A stretch of DNA of 64,000 nt from Candidatus Adlerbacteria bacterium (GTDB lineage Bacteria > Patescibacteriota > Minisyncoccia > Phycocordibacterales > SBAW01): contig JARIGK010000004.1 in NCBI GenBank assembly GCA_029288895.1, positions 77,621 through 141,620 of the forward strand, read 5' to 3'. The notes beneath the pieces are model-generated. The model did not search any database. It was not told the origin of the DNA and saw nothing but the letters and a program-made list of their open reading frames with translations. Below are positions 27,798-38,403 of the stretch, in pieces. Every line of letters starts with the position of its first letter. The stretch's first letter is position 1. The translations under genes were made by a program, and so were the position numbers.

Positions 27798-27974
27798 ATG
27801 GACGAAAAGCAATCTCCTAAGCCGAGGAGGTCGGGATGGTCGTTCGACCCGCACTTTGGGCCTAAGGCTCCGATTGATTGCGACCACGTCGCAGGGTCGG
27901 ATATTTGCCCGCGCTGCGGAGCACAACTTCATGCAAAGCCACACACCCCAGAATCTCCGACGCCCGCCGCTTAG
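27798..27974 (+). CDS. Small zinc-ribbon-like protein (58 aa; not in ORF track)
   Basis: AGGGGAG SD; MDEKQSPKPRRSGWSFDPHFGPKAPIDCDHVAGSDICPRCGAQLHAKPHTPESPTPAA; terminator GCCCGCC/GGCGGGC-TTTTCTTTT at its end. Confidence 0.6.
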   Translation: MDEKQSPKPRRSGWSFDPHFGPKAPIDCDHVAGSDICPRCGAQLHAKPHTPESPTPAA

Positions 27975-27987
27975 GCGGGCTTTTCTT

Positions 27988-28671
27988 TTACCTAAATGTT
28001 GCTAGCTGCGCTTCCGCGAGAGGGATATCTTCGTGGCGATTGATAGGCAACCACGCATCTTGTTGCTCGACATGCACAGGGTTTTTTGCCGCCAAGGCAT
28101 TAACAAGATCTGGTAAAAGATATTCTTTCAATGTTTTTGATTCTTCCATTGTTTGCGCAAAAATCTGCTCGTCGAGCACCATCACTCCGGTTGATACTAA
28201 GTTACTTTCTGGCGCGGCGGGCTTTTCAGTGATGCGCGCGAGCGTTCCATCTTCTTTCATTGATATAACTCCGAAGCGTTCTGGATGGTCGCTTGGTGCC
28301 GCGAGTACCGCGTAGGTATGGGTTGCCATACGCGCAAGTGCCTCACTGCCGTGGATGTCGTCGCCCAGCATAACGAGAAACTTCCCAGACACGTACGGTT
28401 TGCACTGGGCAAGTGCGTGCGCCGTCCCTCGCGGTTCGTCTTGCATAACGTAGCGCACGGGGAGGTTGTAGAAGACGTCTCCGCAGTGCGCGCGAATTGC
28501 TTCATGGAGATGGGAAACGACAAGAATAAGTTCGTCGACCGAAGAGGGGAGGGCGCCCACGATATGGTCTAAAAGTGGTTTGCCGGCAACTTCGATGAGT
28601 GGTTTTGGGATGCGTTCTGTCAGAGGGAGCAACCGAGTGCCTTTGCCTGCGGCTAAGATGACGCATTTCAT
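27988..28671 (-). CDS. Sugar-phosphate nucleotidyltransferase
   Basis: VILAAGKGTRLLPLT..PKPL, Q.EP.GTAHA, GDD, EKP. Confidence 0.93.
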   Translation of the reverse strand: MKCVILAAGKGTRLLPLTERIPKPLIEVAGKPLLDHIVGALPSSVDELILVVSHLHEAIRAHCGDVFYNLPVRYVMQDEPRGTAHALAQCKPYVSGKFLVMLGDDIHGSEALARMATHTYAVLAAPSDHPERFGVISMKEDGTLARITEKPAAPESNLVSTGVMVLDEQIFAQTMEESKTLKEYLLPDLVNALAAKNPVHVEQQDAWLPINRHEDIPLAEAQLATFR

Positions 28672-28802
28672 AGGGTGTATCTGTATGAGAATAGCGGATT
28701 ATTGGCAAAAGTTACAGAAAATGTTCTTTTGCTTTTTTTGAGCGAGAGGAGTATTGTATGGGCAACGCGCTTTCGCGCTATTTTTAATCCTCATTATTGT
28801 AT

Positions 28803-30956
28803 ATGGCAGACACCAGAGACTATCCATTGGAGCGCGTGCGTAACTTCGGCATCATTGCGCACATCGACGCGGGCAAGACCACGACGTCGGAACGCATCCT
28901 CTACTACACCGGTTCACAGCACAAAATCGGCGAAGTGCACGAAGGCGAAACCACCACCGACTGGATGGAGCAGGAGCGCGAACGCGGCATCACTATTACC
29001 GCGGCGGCTATCACCTGCTTCTGGAGCAAATCAAACGAGCCAGACAAGAAAGACCCTGCTAAGAAGACCCGCTTCAACATCATCGACACTCCAGGCCACA
29101 TCGACTTTACCGTCGAAGTGAAGCGCTCAATGCGCGTCTTGGACGGCGCAGTCTGTGTCTTCGACGGCGTTGCAGGCGTCGAACCTCAGTCTGAAACAAA
29201 CTGGCGCTACGCCGACGAGGCAAACGTGCCGCGCATCTGCTTCATCAACAAGCTCGACCGCATGGGCGCGTCGTTCGAAAAGTCGTACCAGTCAATTCTT
29301 GACCGCCTTTCTCCAAAAGCAGTCCGCATGCAGTTGCCGATTGGTGCAGAAGAAGCGCTCGAAGGCGTCGTCGACCTCCTGTCGATGAAGGCATACAAGA
29401 ACGAAGGTGCGATGGGCGACGAAATCGTCGAAATGCCATTCCCTGAAGCGATGCGCGCAGAAGCTGAAAAGTACCGCGGCCAGCTTATCGAAAAGATTGT
29501 CGAAAACGACGAGGCGCTTATGACCTCATACCTTGATGGCCAAGAGCCCTCGATGGAACAGTTGAAAGCAACGCTTCGCAAAGCAGTTATCGCAAACCAG
29601 ATCTTCCCGGTATACACCGGCTCGGCACTCAAAAACAAAGGCGTGCAGCACGTGCTCGACGCAGTCGTCGACTACTTGCCATCTCCGCTCGACATGCCGG
29701 CGGTGAAGGGTACCGACCCACGCACGGGTGATGAAATCGAACGCCATGCATCGGACTCGGAGCCGTTCTGCGCGCTCGCATTCAAACTCCAAGCAGACCC
29801 ATTCGTCGGCCAGCTTACCTTCTTCCGCGTGTACTCGGGTTCGATCGAAGCAGGCTCATACATTTACAACGCAACAACAGGCCAGAAAGAACGCCTCGGC
29901 CGCATCGTGCGCTTGCAGGCAAACCAGCGCGAAGAAGTAAAGAAAGTCTACGCCGGCGAAATCGCTGCAGCCGTAGGTCTCAAAGACACGAAGACCTCGC
30001 ACACGCTCTGCGATGAAGCAAATCCAATCGTTTTGGAGCAGATCAAATTCCCAGAACCAGTTATCTCGCTCCGCATCGAGCCGAAGACCAAAGCAGACCA
30101 GGAGAAGATGGGTATCGCACTCAAGAAACTTTCTGACGAAGACCCAACCTTCCGCGTGACCTCTGACCCAGAAACTGCCGAGACACTTATCTCAGGCATG
30201 GGCGAACTCCATTTGGAAATCTTGGTTGACCGCATGAAGCGCGAGTTCAACGTCGAAGCAAACGTCGGTACGCCGCAGGTTGCCTACCGCGAAACGATCC
30301 TCCAGGAGGCAGAAGCAGAAGGTAAGTACATCAAGCAGACGGGCGGTAAGGGCCAGTACGGCCACGTGCGCCTGCGCTTGAAGCCGCTGCAGCCGCTCGA
30401 AGAAGGCGCAAAGATTCCGAAGAACGTAACGCGCGAAGAGCACTTCGAATTCATCAACAGCATCAAGGGCGGTGTCGTCCCGCAAGAATTTATTGCCCCG
30501 GTTGAAAAGGGCATCCGCGAAGCAATGGAACGTGGCTTTGTTGCAGGCTTCAAGATGGTTGATATTTCGGCCGAGCTCTACGACGGTTCGTACCACGATG
30601 TCGACTCCTCAGAAATCGCCTTCAAGATTGCAGCATCGATGGGCTTCCAGGAAGCTGCACAAAAAGCGCGCGCCGTGTTGCTCGAGCCGATCATGAAAGT
30701 GGAAGTTGTCGTCCCAGAAAAGTTCATGGGTGACGTCACTGGCTCGCTTTCAGGTAAGCGCGGTGCAATCGAAGGCATGGAAGAACGCGGTTTGGCCCGC
30801 GCCGTTAAGGCAAAAGTACCGCTGTCTGAAATGTTCGGCTACACCACACAGCTCCGCTCGATGACCGAAGGCCGCGGTTCGTTCACTATGGAATTCGACC
30901 ACTATGAAGTCGTTCCTCCGAACGTCGCAGCTGATATCATCGCAAAGCGCAAATAA
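28803..30956 (+). CDS. fusA: Elongation factor G
   Basis: [31 protein letters not shown]. Confidence 0.99.
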   Translation: MADTRDYPLERVRNFGIIAHIDAGKTTTSERILYYTGSQHKIGEVHEGETTTDWMEQERERGITITAAAITCFWSKSNEPDKKDPAKKTRFNIIDTPGHIDFTVEVKRSMRVLDGAVCVFDGVAGVEPQSETNWRYADEANVPRICFINKLDRMGASFEKSYQSILDRLSPKAVRMQLPIGAEEALEGVVDLLSMKAYKNEGAMGDEIVEMPFPEAMRAEAEKYRGQLIEKIVENDEALMTSYLDGQEPSMEQLKATLRKAVIANQIFPVYTGSALKNKGVQHVLDAVVDYLPSPLDMPAVKGTDPRTGDEIERHASDSEPFCALAFKLQADPFVGQLTFFRVYSGSIEAGSYIYNATTGQKERLGRIVRLQANQREEVKKVYAGEIAAAVGLKDTKTSHTLCDEANPIVLEQIKFPEPVISLRIEPKTKADQEKMGIALKKLSDEDPTFRVTSDPETAETLISGMGELHLEILVDRMKREFNVEANVGTPQVAYRETILQEAEAEGKYIKQTGGKGQYGHVRLRLKPLQPLEEGAKIPKNVTREEHFEFINSIKGGVVPQEFIAPVEKGIREAMERGFVAGFKMVDISAELYDGSYHDVDSSEIAFKIAASMGFQEAAQKARAVLLEPIMKVEVVVPEKFMGDVTGSLSGKRGAIEGMEERGLARAVKAKVPLSEMFGYTTQLRSMTEGRGSFTMEFDHYEVVPPNVAADIIAKRK

Positions 30957-30998
30957 TCTCCTCCGTAAGAACAGCATGGGCGCCGCGTCTTCAGATAT

Positions 30999-32006
30999 AT
31001 GAAGAAATTAACCGCGGCGCTTTTTGCTTTATTGGTATTGATATCTGCATCTCCCGTATCGGCAAATAGTTACATTGCTCCAACCTCGTGTCCGCAATTT
31101 TCTGTAAATCTCTACATGGGTGCGCGTGATGCGGCCATGGGTGGGCAGGTGAGCCAACTCCAGCAATTTCTCAATCAGCGTTATGGCAACCAGCTTGTCA
31201 CCGGCTACTTTGGTGTGATGACCGCGGCGAATGTATCGCGCTTGCAGCAAGAGCTCGGTATTGCTCGCGTGGGCGGCGTGGGCCCTCTGACGCGCGCAGC
31301 AATCGCAAAACTTTGCAGCACAAGCGGTACGCCCACGCCGACAGCAGGCAGCCTCTCTGCGTACCCATCGTCGGGCACGGCACCTTTGGCTGTGAACTTT
31401 ACCGCGACTGTACCGGACACGAACCAATACATCATCGACTTTGGTGATGGTGCGAACAGCGGCCCTATTGGTGCAGGCGTCGTGGCACACACATACCAAA
31501 ACCCTGGCACGTACACCGCGAACCTCTCGCGCTATATCTCGTGCCTCTACGCGACACCAGTGCACTGCATGATCGCCGTGATGCCGATTGCGTCAGCGAC
31601 GGTCACTGTTGCGGCACCTCAAACACAAACAAATACGCTCCAAGTCACAAGCCCTGCGGCGGGGCAGATATATACACGCGGCAGCCAGATGAACATCAGC
31701 TGGAGCGGCCTCGTGCGCGAAACATTTGCCTACGAGCCACATGCAAGCATTGTCGACCTCTACACGGCAGCAGGTACTAAAGTGGGTACCATCGCAATCA
31801 CGAATGATTTGAAAGGTAGCTATGACTGGCATATCCCTGGCTTTCCGCAAACTATGATGTGCACGATGCAATATCCAAATGCACTCTGCGGCACCAATGT
31901 GCAGGGCCAGTACTACATCCAAGTCACCGCGGTTGTGGGCAATGGCTTTGGCACAAACGAAACAGTCATTGGTACAGCGCAAAGCGGCGTCTTCGGAGTT
32001 CAATAA
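30999..32006 (+). CDS. Secreted peptidoglycan-binding + PKD domain protein
   Basis: Signal peptide; VSQLQQFL..TGYFG..T...GGVGPLTR; GTAPLAVNF..DFGDG..HTY..PGTY. Confidence 0.85.
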   Translation: MKKLTAALFALLVLISASPVSANSYIAPTSCPQFSVNLYMGARDAAMGGQVSQLQQFLNQRYGNQLVTGYFGVMTAANVSRLQQELGIARVGGVGPLTRAAIAKLCSTSGTPTPTAGSLSAYPSSGTAPLAVNFTATVPDTNQYIIDFGDGANSGPIGAGVVAHTYQNPGTYTANLSRYISCLYATPVHCMIAVMPIASATVTVAAPQTQTNTLQVTSPAAGQIYTRGSQMNISWSGLVRETFAYEPHASIVDLYTAAGTKVGTIAITNDLKGSYDWHIPGFPQTMMCTMQYPNALCGTNVQGQYYIQVTAVVGNGFGTNETVIGTAQSGVFGVQ

Positions 32007-32069
32007 ACAAAAAAGATATCCCCACACACCGCTTGTCGGAAGCGGGGAAGAGAATACACTAGTAAGTAA

Positions 32070-32111
32070 CAGGGCATCCCGGAAACGGGAGGCCCTTTCT
32101 CTTTTATTTTT
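32070..32111 (+). terminator. Probable terminator
   Basis: AGGGCATCCCG-GAAA-CGGGAGGCCCT plus T-rich tail. Confidence 0.55.
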
Positions 32112-32125
32112 GTAACTTTCTATCG

Positions 32126-34120
32126 ATGGAAAAATTCGCACGTGCACTCGAACTCGCAACCGCCTACTTCGCAGTAGGCGTGTTGATGGTGCTGGTCGCA
32201 GGCACCGCCGTGCCGCCTTCAGGCGCGCCGTTTGCTGCAGCCGCAGTGGCGGGATGTACGCCTCCATCATTTTCGAACCTCACTATCACCGCAGCCAATT
32301 TGTATACGCCCTGGAGTGTGCCGCTCTTGTCGGCCATCAATGATGCGTCGTTCCCAACTGTAAGTGCCACGGGTTTGCCGCCGGGTATTACACTCAAAGA
32401 CCAGACCACCACGCTCACCACAGGCGCTGGCTCCGTGCTCCACACCTGGGTCTTGGATGGTGCGCCGACGCAGCTTGGCACCTACACCATCACGGTAACT
32501 GCGCAGAATAGCTGCGGTGGTGCGTCGACCGTTATCACACTTCCGATCAATAACACCCAGACTGCCGCGGGGACTGTCTCGTGCCCGGCGGGGTACGCGG
32601 GCGCATACCCCAACTGTGTTTCAAGCTCGGGCCCGAGTGTATCGTTTGACCAAGCATCGCTTGTGGCAACAAGTTCGACAGCGATAATTACCGGCACGTC
32701 GCGCACGTCGTCGGTAAAATTGACCGTCCAAACTCCGAACGGCATTACCTACAGTAGCGAAACTGCACCTGTCGGCGGTGGGCGCTGGACAATCGTGCTC
32801 AAAAATTTAACGAGTGGCCTCTATTCGCTCTATTTGTACGACGGCAATAATTCGCCATTGTTGCCGGGCAGCTTAACCGTTACGTTGCCCGGTGATACCA
32901 AGCCTGCGCAGAACTTTTCCAGCGGTTCTAGCGAACCGGGACAAAGTTTTACTCCGGCATCAGCGAAGGCGTCTGCGCAGGCAACAAGGACTTCAACGTT
33001 TTCATGCAGCAATATTCCTACAACGCTCAAAATAGGGAGCCGCGGAAGCACGGTGCTTGCACTGCAAAAATCACTTATCTCAATAGGCGCATTGCCGTCT
33101 GATTCAGCAACCGGCTATTTTGGCCAAGCGACAAATTCGGCGGTCGCACGCCTGTGTCCATCAATTTCGGCAACAACCGTGCAGACGACAACAAGTTTGC
33201 CGGCATGCCCGAAAGTCGCCGTACCGCCGTGCCAGCATGGGACGCTTGTATCGCTTGGGGCCGACCAAAACCACTGCACGCTTGGTTATATGTGCCAGCA
33301 ACAGCCGGGCTCGAACTGCCCATCGGTGACCGCACCTCTGTGTTCGGGCGGGACAATAGTTTCAAGTGGCACAGACATAAATGGCTGCTCGACCGGCTAT
33401 TCGTGCCAGAAAGTGTCATGCCCCACTGTGCCGCAGCCAACCTGCGCACCAGGCCTGCGGCTTGTAACAGGCCCTGATGCAAACGGATGCGCAACCGTGT
33501 CCTACTGTATTGATGGCAACGGAAATACAACAAGCGTCACAGGCGCCTCGTCTGCCACAACAAATAATTCAACCAGCATCTTTAGTAATTTCTTTGGCGG
33601 TTTGGGCTCTATAGGTTCGTCATTTAGCAGTTACTACAGTTCAATTTTTGGTACCCAACCGACAGCAGGTGTCACCACATCGGCGGCAGGGAGTGCTGCT
33701 GCTGCAAGTAATGCGTCGCAGGCGTACACGACGCTTTCTTCGAAATATACCAACGCAACACTTACCAAGTGCACCGCTACCGATGGTAGCGTGAGTTATA
33801 CCGCAAAAGGGTTTAACAACGACGGCACAAGCTATGAAATCCAAACCTACCCCGTTGGAGTAACGCCAAGCGGCGCGTGTCAGATAACGCAATACACTGG
33901 CCCTGCAGCACTGCGTGGCAGTAATAGCATTGGAGGAACAGTGACAAGCCCAAGTAGTGGCGTGGGTGCAAGTAGCTATGGCGGCGCTGATGGAAGTACT
34001 GGCGGCACTGCCGGGGCAGACGCTTCATCCGGCAACGCAAGCGCAGCAGATGCATCAGCCGCTGCAAACGGCGACTCGAGCGGCGATGGCACAGGCGGCG
34101 GAACAGGAGGTACCTATTAG
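32126..34120 (+). CDS. Surface protein: Ig-like domains, PG-binding domain, Cys-rich repeats, Gly/Ser tail
   Basis: GLPPGI..GAPT..GTYTITVTAQN (He_PIG-like); LKIGSRG..V..LQ..TGYFG; three C-rich repeats. Confidence 0.8.
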   Translation: MEKFARALELATAYFAVGVLMVLVAGTAVPPSGAPFAAAAVAGCTPPSFSNLTITAANLYTPWSVPLLSAINDASFPTVSATGLPPGITLKDQTTTLTTGAGSVLHTWVLDGAPTQLGTYTITVTAQNSCGGASTVITLPINNTQTAAGTVSCPAGYAGAYPNCVSSSGPSVSFDQASLVATSSTAIITGTSRTSSVKLTVQTPNGITYSSETAPVGGGRWTIVLKNLTSGLYSLYLYDGNNSPLLPGSLTVTLPGDTKPAQNFSSGSSEPGQSFTPASAKASAQATRTSTFSCSNIPTTLKIGSRGSTVLALQKSLISIGALPSDSATGYFGQATNSAVARLCPSISATTVQTTTSLPACPKVAVPPCQHGTLVSLGADQNHCTLGYMCQQQPGSNCPSVTAPLCSGGTIVSSGTDINGCSTGYSCQKVSCPTVPQPTCAPGLRLVTGPDANGCATVSYCIDGNGNTTSVTGASSATTNNSTSIFSNFFGGLGSIGSSFSSYYSSIFGTQPTAGVTTSAAGSAAAASNASQAYTTLSSKYTNATLTKCTATDGSVSYTAKGFNNDGTSYEIQTYPVGVTPSGACQITQYTGPAALRGSNSIGGTVTSPSSGVGASSYGGADGSTGGTAGADASSGNASAADASAAANGDSSGDGTGGGTGGTY

Positions 34121-34237
34121 GTCTCTCTTGCGGCTAGGGTAGCGCTTTGCTACTATGTCCCTAACACTGCATCAGCCGTGTTTGGCGTGCTTTATATTGT
34201 TCGGAATTATTCATTATAAATAATAGTAATTTTAGGT

Positions 34238-35431
34238 ATGGCAACATTTGAACGTGCAAAGCCGCACATGAACGTCGGCACCATCGGCCACGTCGACCAC
34301 GGAAAGACGACCTTGACGGCGTCTATCCTCCACACCCTCGACATGCTGAAAGCAGAGGGCTACAGCGCCCGCGTCGAAGGCGTTGACGGTATCGACAACG
34401 CGCCGGAAGAAAAGGCTCGCGGTATCACCATCGCGCTCCACCACTCGGAATACGAGTCGCCGAAGCGCCACTACGCGCACATCGACGCTCCGGGCCACGC
34501 AGACTACATCAAGAACATGATCACCGGCGCAGCCCAGATGGACGGCGCAGTGCTCGTGGTTGCAGCAACTGACGGCGTTATGCCTCAGACTCGCGAACAC
34601 ATCCTCCTCGCAAAGCAGGTTGGTGTGCCGAAGATCATCTGCTTCCTCAACAAGTGCGACATGGTTGACGACAAGGATCTTATCGACCTCGTCGAAGAAG
34701 AAGTAAAGGAAGCTCTTGCAAAGCAGGGCTACGCTGATGCTCCGGTTATCCGCGGCTCAGGCCTCAAGGCTCTCGAGAGCACTGACATCAACAATGAGTG
34801 GTCACAGAAGGTCAAAGACCTCATCGACACCATGGACAGCTACTATCCGGACCCAGTCCGCGAAACTGATAAGCCGTTCCTCATGCCTATCGAAGACATC
34901 TTCTCGATCGAAGGCCGCGGTACCGTGGTTACGGGCCGTATCGAACGCGGTGTAGTTAAGGTTGGTGAAGAAGTCGAAATCGTCGGCTTGGAAGCTACAA
35001 CTAAGACCACCATCACTGGTATCGAAATGTTCAACAAGCAGTTGGACACTGGTATGGCAGGCGACAACGCGGGCATCTTGCTCCGCGGTACAAAGAAGGA
35101 AGACATCCACCGCGGCCAGGTTTTGGCTAAGGCTGGCTCTGTGACTCCTCACACTGAGTTCGAAGGCGAGGTATACATCTTGACCAAGGACGAAGGTGGC
35201 CGCCACACGCCGTTCTTCTCTGGCTACAAGCCACAGTTCTATATCCGCACCACTGACGTTACGGGCGAAGTGACGCTTGCTGCAGGTACTGAAATGGTTA
35301 TGCCGGGCGACACCGTCACCTTTAAGGTGAAGTTGGTAGCGCCGGTTGCGCTTGAAGAGAAGACTCGTTTCGCAGTCCGCGAAGGCGGTAAGACCGTCGG
35401 CGCAGGCGTCGTTACGAAGATTGTTGCGTAA
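34238..35431 (+). CDS. tuf: Elongation factor Tu
   Basis: [26 protein letters not shown]. Confidence 0.99.
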   Translation: MATFERAKPHMNVGTIGHVDHGKTTLTASILHTLDMLKAEGYSARVEGVDGIDNAPEEKARGITIALHHSEYESPKRHYAHIDAPGHADYIKNMITGAAQMDGAVLVVAATDGVMPQTREHILLAKQVGVPKIICFLNKCDMVDDKDLIDLVEEEVKEALAKQGYADAPVIRGSGLKALESTDINNEWSQKVKDLIDTMDSYYPDPVRETDKPFLMPIEDIFSIEGRGTVVTGRIERGVVKVGEEVEIVGLEATTKTTITGIEMFNKQLDTGMAGDNAGILLRGTKKEDIHRGQVLAKAGSVTPHTEFEGEVYILTKDEGGRHTPFFSGYKPQFYIRTTDVTGEVTLAAGTEMVMPGDTVTFKVKLVAPVALEEKTRFAVREGGKTVGAGVVTKIVA

Positions 35432-35447
35432 GTAACTCTCACACTTG

Positions 35448-35485
35448 AAAAAGAAAGGCCCCGCAGAAATGCGGGGTTTTTCGTT
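35448..35485. terminator. Bidirectional terminator after tuf
   Basis: AAAAAGAAAGGCCCCGC-AGAAAT-GCGGGGTTTTT. Confidence 0.8.
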
Positions 35486-35486
35486 C

Positions 35487-35708
35487 TTATACGCAGCCCA
35501 TGGCTTTAGGAACTCGGGGCGTAAAGTCTCTGGGCTTGTGACTACGTGAGAGCCTAAGGCTCAAAACATCATAGGCGCTCAGGTTGTAGTCCTTCGCGTG
35601 CTGCCAGGCGAGCCTCTGGTCGCCCTTGTCTCGGGCTTCCTTGGCTAGCCTCATCCCATCCTGGTGTTGCTTCACGATTGCGAACTGCTTCTCAGCATTG
35701 ATATACAT
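35487..35708 (-). CDS. Small orphan protein between tuf and rpsJ
   Basis: AGGAGG SD before MYINAEK; 73 aa. Confidence 0.6.
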   Translation of the reverse strand: MYINAEKQFAIVKQHQDGMRLAKEARDKGDQRLAWQHAKDYNLSAYDVLSLRLSRSHKPRDFTPRVPKAMGCV

Positions 35709-35765
35709 CGCCGCCTCCTCTAATTTCCTCTGTCGCCATCCTAACACGAGAGATTTAATTTAGCG

Positions 35766-35794
35766 TTGCAATTAAGGCAGCAATGAGGCATACT
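35766..35794 (+). promoter_or_regulatory. rpsJ promoter TTGCAA-N17-CATACT
   Basis: Consensus-like boxes upstream of rpsJ leader. Confidence 0.55.
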
Positions 35795-35872
35795 CACAGA
35801 CGGTTAGATTTATTAGGAGTTAGCTAAAAGGTACTAGGTTACTTCGAAAGAAGAGAACTAGATCCAAACAAC

Positions 35873-36241
35873 ATGGCAACCGAAGAAACAAAGAAAGCTC
35901 CGGCAAAGCGCACCAAGAAGGCAGAGCCTGCATCGGCGCAGAAGCTCCGCATCAAGGTCCGCGCCTACGAGCACAAAGTTCTTGATCAGTCTGTGCGCCA
36001 GATTATGGACACCGCGCTTCGCTACGATGCGAAGATTGCAGGCCCGATCCCGCTGCCAACTGAAATCAAGAAGTACACGGTCAACCGCTCAACCTTCATC
36101 TACAAGGATGCGCGCGAGCAGTTCGAGATGCGCATTCATAAGCGTGTCATCGACATCCTCGAGCCTAATGCCAAGGTGATCGAAGCATTGACCAACCTCT
36201 CGCTGCCTTCGGGCGTGACGATCGAGGTCAAAATGATCTAA
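35873..36241 (+). CDS. rpsJ: 30S ribosomal protein S10
   Basis: KLRIKVRAYEH, GPIPLPT, REQFEMRIHKR. Confidence 0.98.
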   Translation: MATEETKKAPAKRTKKAEPASAQKLRIKVRAYEHKVLDQSVRQIMDTALRYDAKIAGPIPLPTEIKKYTVNRSTFIYKDAREQFEMRIHKRVIDILEPNAKVIEALTNLSLPSGVTIEVKMI

Positions 36242-36267
36242 ACGACACAATCAAGTCGAAAAACAAA

Positions 36268-36298
36268 GAACCTTCCAGCAATGGGAGGTTTTTTGTTT
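36268..36298 (+). terminator. Terminator after rpsJ
   Basis: AACCTTCC/GGGAGGTT stem plus T-tract. Confidence 0.75.
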
Positions 36299-36324
36299 GT
36301 AGCAGGGATGTACTTGCTATTTTC

Positions 36325-36732
36325 ATGAAACTATGCTATATTGATGAGGTTCGGGTGGCCCCACCGCCCGGATTTCTACCCTCACTGGGCGGCAGGTATT
36401 CTGCTGTGTTGCTCCCCACATCCCCCGGAAGCAACCCTCGAGTAGGATGCTGTCGTCCAGTGAGACCTCGTTTCGGTCTTTTTGAAATTTATTTCTACTG
36501 CAGTCTGGGAGACGCAGAGGAGGAGCTCGTCGAAGCAAGGTGGCCAGGAAACTGTCCTCTGGGCAAGTCGATAGGATTCTTTGGTACCTTGCTTTGGCGG
36601 GTTTCCCTTCTCTCAAACTACACAGTTCTTTGTTTGTTCGAGCCCTCGCCATTTGGTGAGGGTTTCTGCTTTTTGGGCTCCATACATTGGACCACCCTAT
36701 GTATTTGCATAATTTATACACCTCGTGTATAG
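36325..36732 (+). CDS. Possible orphan ORF between rpsJ and rplC (strand uncertain)
   Basis: 135-aa ORF preceded by TGCTATTTT; no homology recognised; overlapping minus ORF also possible. Confidence 0.3.
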   Translation: MKLCYIDEVRVAPPPGFLPSLGGRYSAVLLPTSPGSNPRVGCCRPVRPRFGLFEIYFYCSLGDAEEELVEARWPGNCPLGKSIGFFGTLLWRVSLLSNYTVLCLFEPSPFGEGFCFLGSIHWTTLCICIIYTPRV

Positions 36733-36733
36733 T
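36705..36733 (+). promoter_or_regulatory. rplC promoter TTGCAT-N17-TATAGT
   Basis: Consensus-like boxes. Confidence 0.6.
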
Positions 36734-36800
36734 CTCGTGGACTCTTACATAGAGTTGATCCACGTCCCGGGCGCCAAGCCCAGAGGGACCACTAGACAAC

Positions 36801-37424
36801 ATGAAGTTTATACTCGGCGAAAAGCAGCATATGGTCACCATCTTTGATGAAGATGGTATTGCGCATGCAGCAACGATTGTTGTTGCAACCCCCGCAACGG
36901 TGACCCAGATCAAAACCACTGAAAAGGAAGGCTACAACGCTGTCCAAATCGGCCAGGGCGAGGCAAAAGAAAACCGCGTCAACAAGGCACAGGTTGGCCA
37001 CGCAAAGGGCAAAGCATTGAAGAATTTCCGCGAACTCCGCCAGCGCGATGGCAAACTCCCTGAAGGTGTCGAAGTTGGCGCATCGATCGATGTCTCTGCA
37101 TTTGCAGCAGGCGAGAAGGTACAAGTCTCGGCAATCTCAAAAGGTAAGGGCTTCCAAGGCGTAGTGAAGCGCCACGGCTTCCATGGCGGCCCACGCAGCC
37201 ACGGCCAGAAGCACAGCGAACGCGCACCGGGTTCTATCGGTGGCTCGGGTGGCCGCGCAGGCGGTCGCGTTGCAAAGGGTATGCGCATGGCAGGCCGCAT
37301 GGGCCAGGACCGCGTAACCGTCCGCAACTTGAAGGTCCTCCAGGTGCACCCAGAAACCCACGAAATTGTTATCGCAGGTGCTATCCCGGGCCGCCGCGGC
37401 ACGCTTGTTGAAATCCGTGGCTAA
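36801..37424 (+). CDS. rplC: 50S ribosomal protein L3
   Basis: GYNAVQ, SKGKGFQGVVKRH, MAGRMG. Confidence 0.98.
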   Translation: MKFILGEKQHMVTIFDEDGIAHAATIVVATPATVTQIKTTEKEGYNAVQIGQGEAKENRVNKAQVGHAKGKALKNFRELRQRDGKLPEGVEVGASIDVSAFAAGEKVQVSAISKGKGFQGVVKRHGFHGGPRSHGQKHSERAPGSIGGSGGRAGGRVAKGMRMAGRMGQDRVTVRNLKVLQVHPETHEIVIAGAIPGRRGTLVEIRG

Positions 37425-37434
37425 CGAAATTTTT

Positions 37435-38100
37435 ATGGAAGCAACACTCTACAACATCAAAGGCGAAAAGAAGGGGACGGTGAATGTACCGGAAAGCATC
37501 TTCGGCGTGCCATTTAATGCAGACCTCCTCCACACTGTCGTTACCTCGATGCAGGCAAACGCACGCACCCCAGTCGCACACACTAAAGACCGCTCTGAAG
37601 TTCGCGGCGGCGGCAAGAAGCCATGGCAGCAGAAGGGCACTGGCCGCGCACGCCACGGCTCATCACGCTCACCAATTTGGCGCGGCGGCGGTATCACGCA
37701 CGGCCCTCGCAACGAACGCGACTACTCTGTCAAAATCAACCGCCAGCAGCGCCAGAAGGCACTCTTGGTTGCGCTTTCTCGCAAGTGGAAGGACGGCGAA
37801 GTTATCTTTGTCGACTCGCTTGAGATGGCAGCACCAAAGACCGCAGATGCAAAGAAAATGATCGATGCGCTCGGCAAGGCTGGCTTTAAGTTTAAGACCA
37901 ACAACTCGGCACTTATTGCGCTCCCTGCACGCCACACTGCAACCGTTAAAAGCTTTGCAAACATGGGCCACATTGCAGTCGAAGAGGTCCGCACCTTGAA
38001 CCCGGTCAACGTCCTCTCTTCGAAGTACCTCATCATCGCAAACCCGGAATCAGCATTTGAAACGCTCGGCAAAAAGCGCGTCGTGAAGGCAGAGAAATAA
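37435..38100 (+). CDS. rplD: 50S ribosomal protein L4
   Basis: TKDRSEVRGGGKKPWQQKGTGRARHGS. Confidence 0.98.
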   Translation: MEATLYNIKGEKKGTVNVPESIFGVPFNADLLHTVVTSMQANARTPVAHTKDRSEVRGGGKKPWQQKGTGRARHGSSRSPIWRGGGITHGPRNERDYSVKINRQQRQKALLVALSRKWKDGEVIFVDSLEMAAPKTADAKKMIDALGKAGFKFKTNNSALIALPARHTATVKSFANMGHIAVEEVRTLNPVNVLSSKYLIIANPESAFETLGKKRVVKAEK

Positions 38101-38105
38101 TCTAT

Positions 38106-38393
38106 ATGAAAAAGCACTCAGGTAACATAATTCTCTCGCCGCGCATTACTGAAAAGGGCGCATACATGTCGGAAAAGGGCGTCTACGTCTTTAACGTCAG
38201 CGTCAATGCCAACAAGCTCGAGATTGCAGAAGCAGTATCGGAGCTCTACAAGGTAACGCCACGCCAGGTCCGCGTTGTTGCTGTGCCGCGCAAGGTCGTC
38301 CAGACTCGCAACACCAACCGCAAGGGTATGACTGCAGGCGGCAAGAAGGCCTACGTCTACTTGAAAGAAGGCGATAAGATCGAGCTCGCATAA
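38106..38393 (+). CDS. rplW: 50S ribosomal protein L23
   Basis: PRITEK, ANKLEI, KKAYVYL; synteny. Confidence 0.96.
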   Translation: MKKHSGNIILSPRITEKGAYMSEKGVYVFNVSVNANKLEIAEAVSELYKVTPRQVRVVAVPRKVVQTRNTNRKGMTAGGKKAYVYLKEGDKIELA

Positions 38394-38403
38394 GTAAACG
38401 CAT

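Noticed and set aside
27784-27860. tRNA-like start GGGGAGTAGCGTAATGG
   Set aside because: Does not fold into a cloverleaf; better explained as SD plus ATG of a 58-aa ORF
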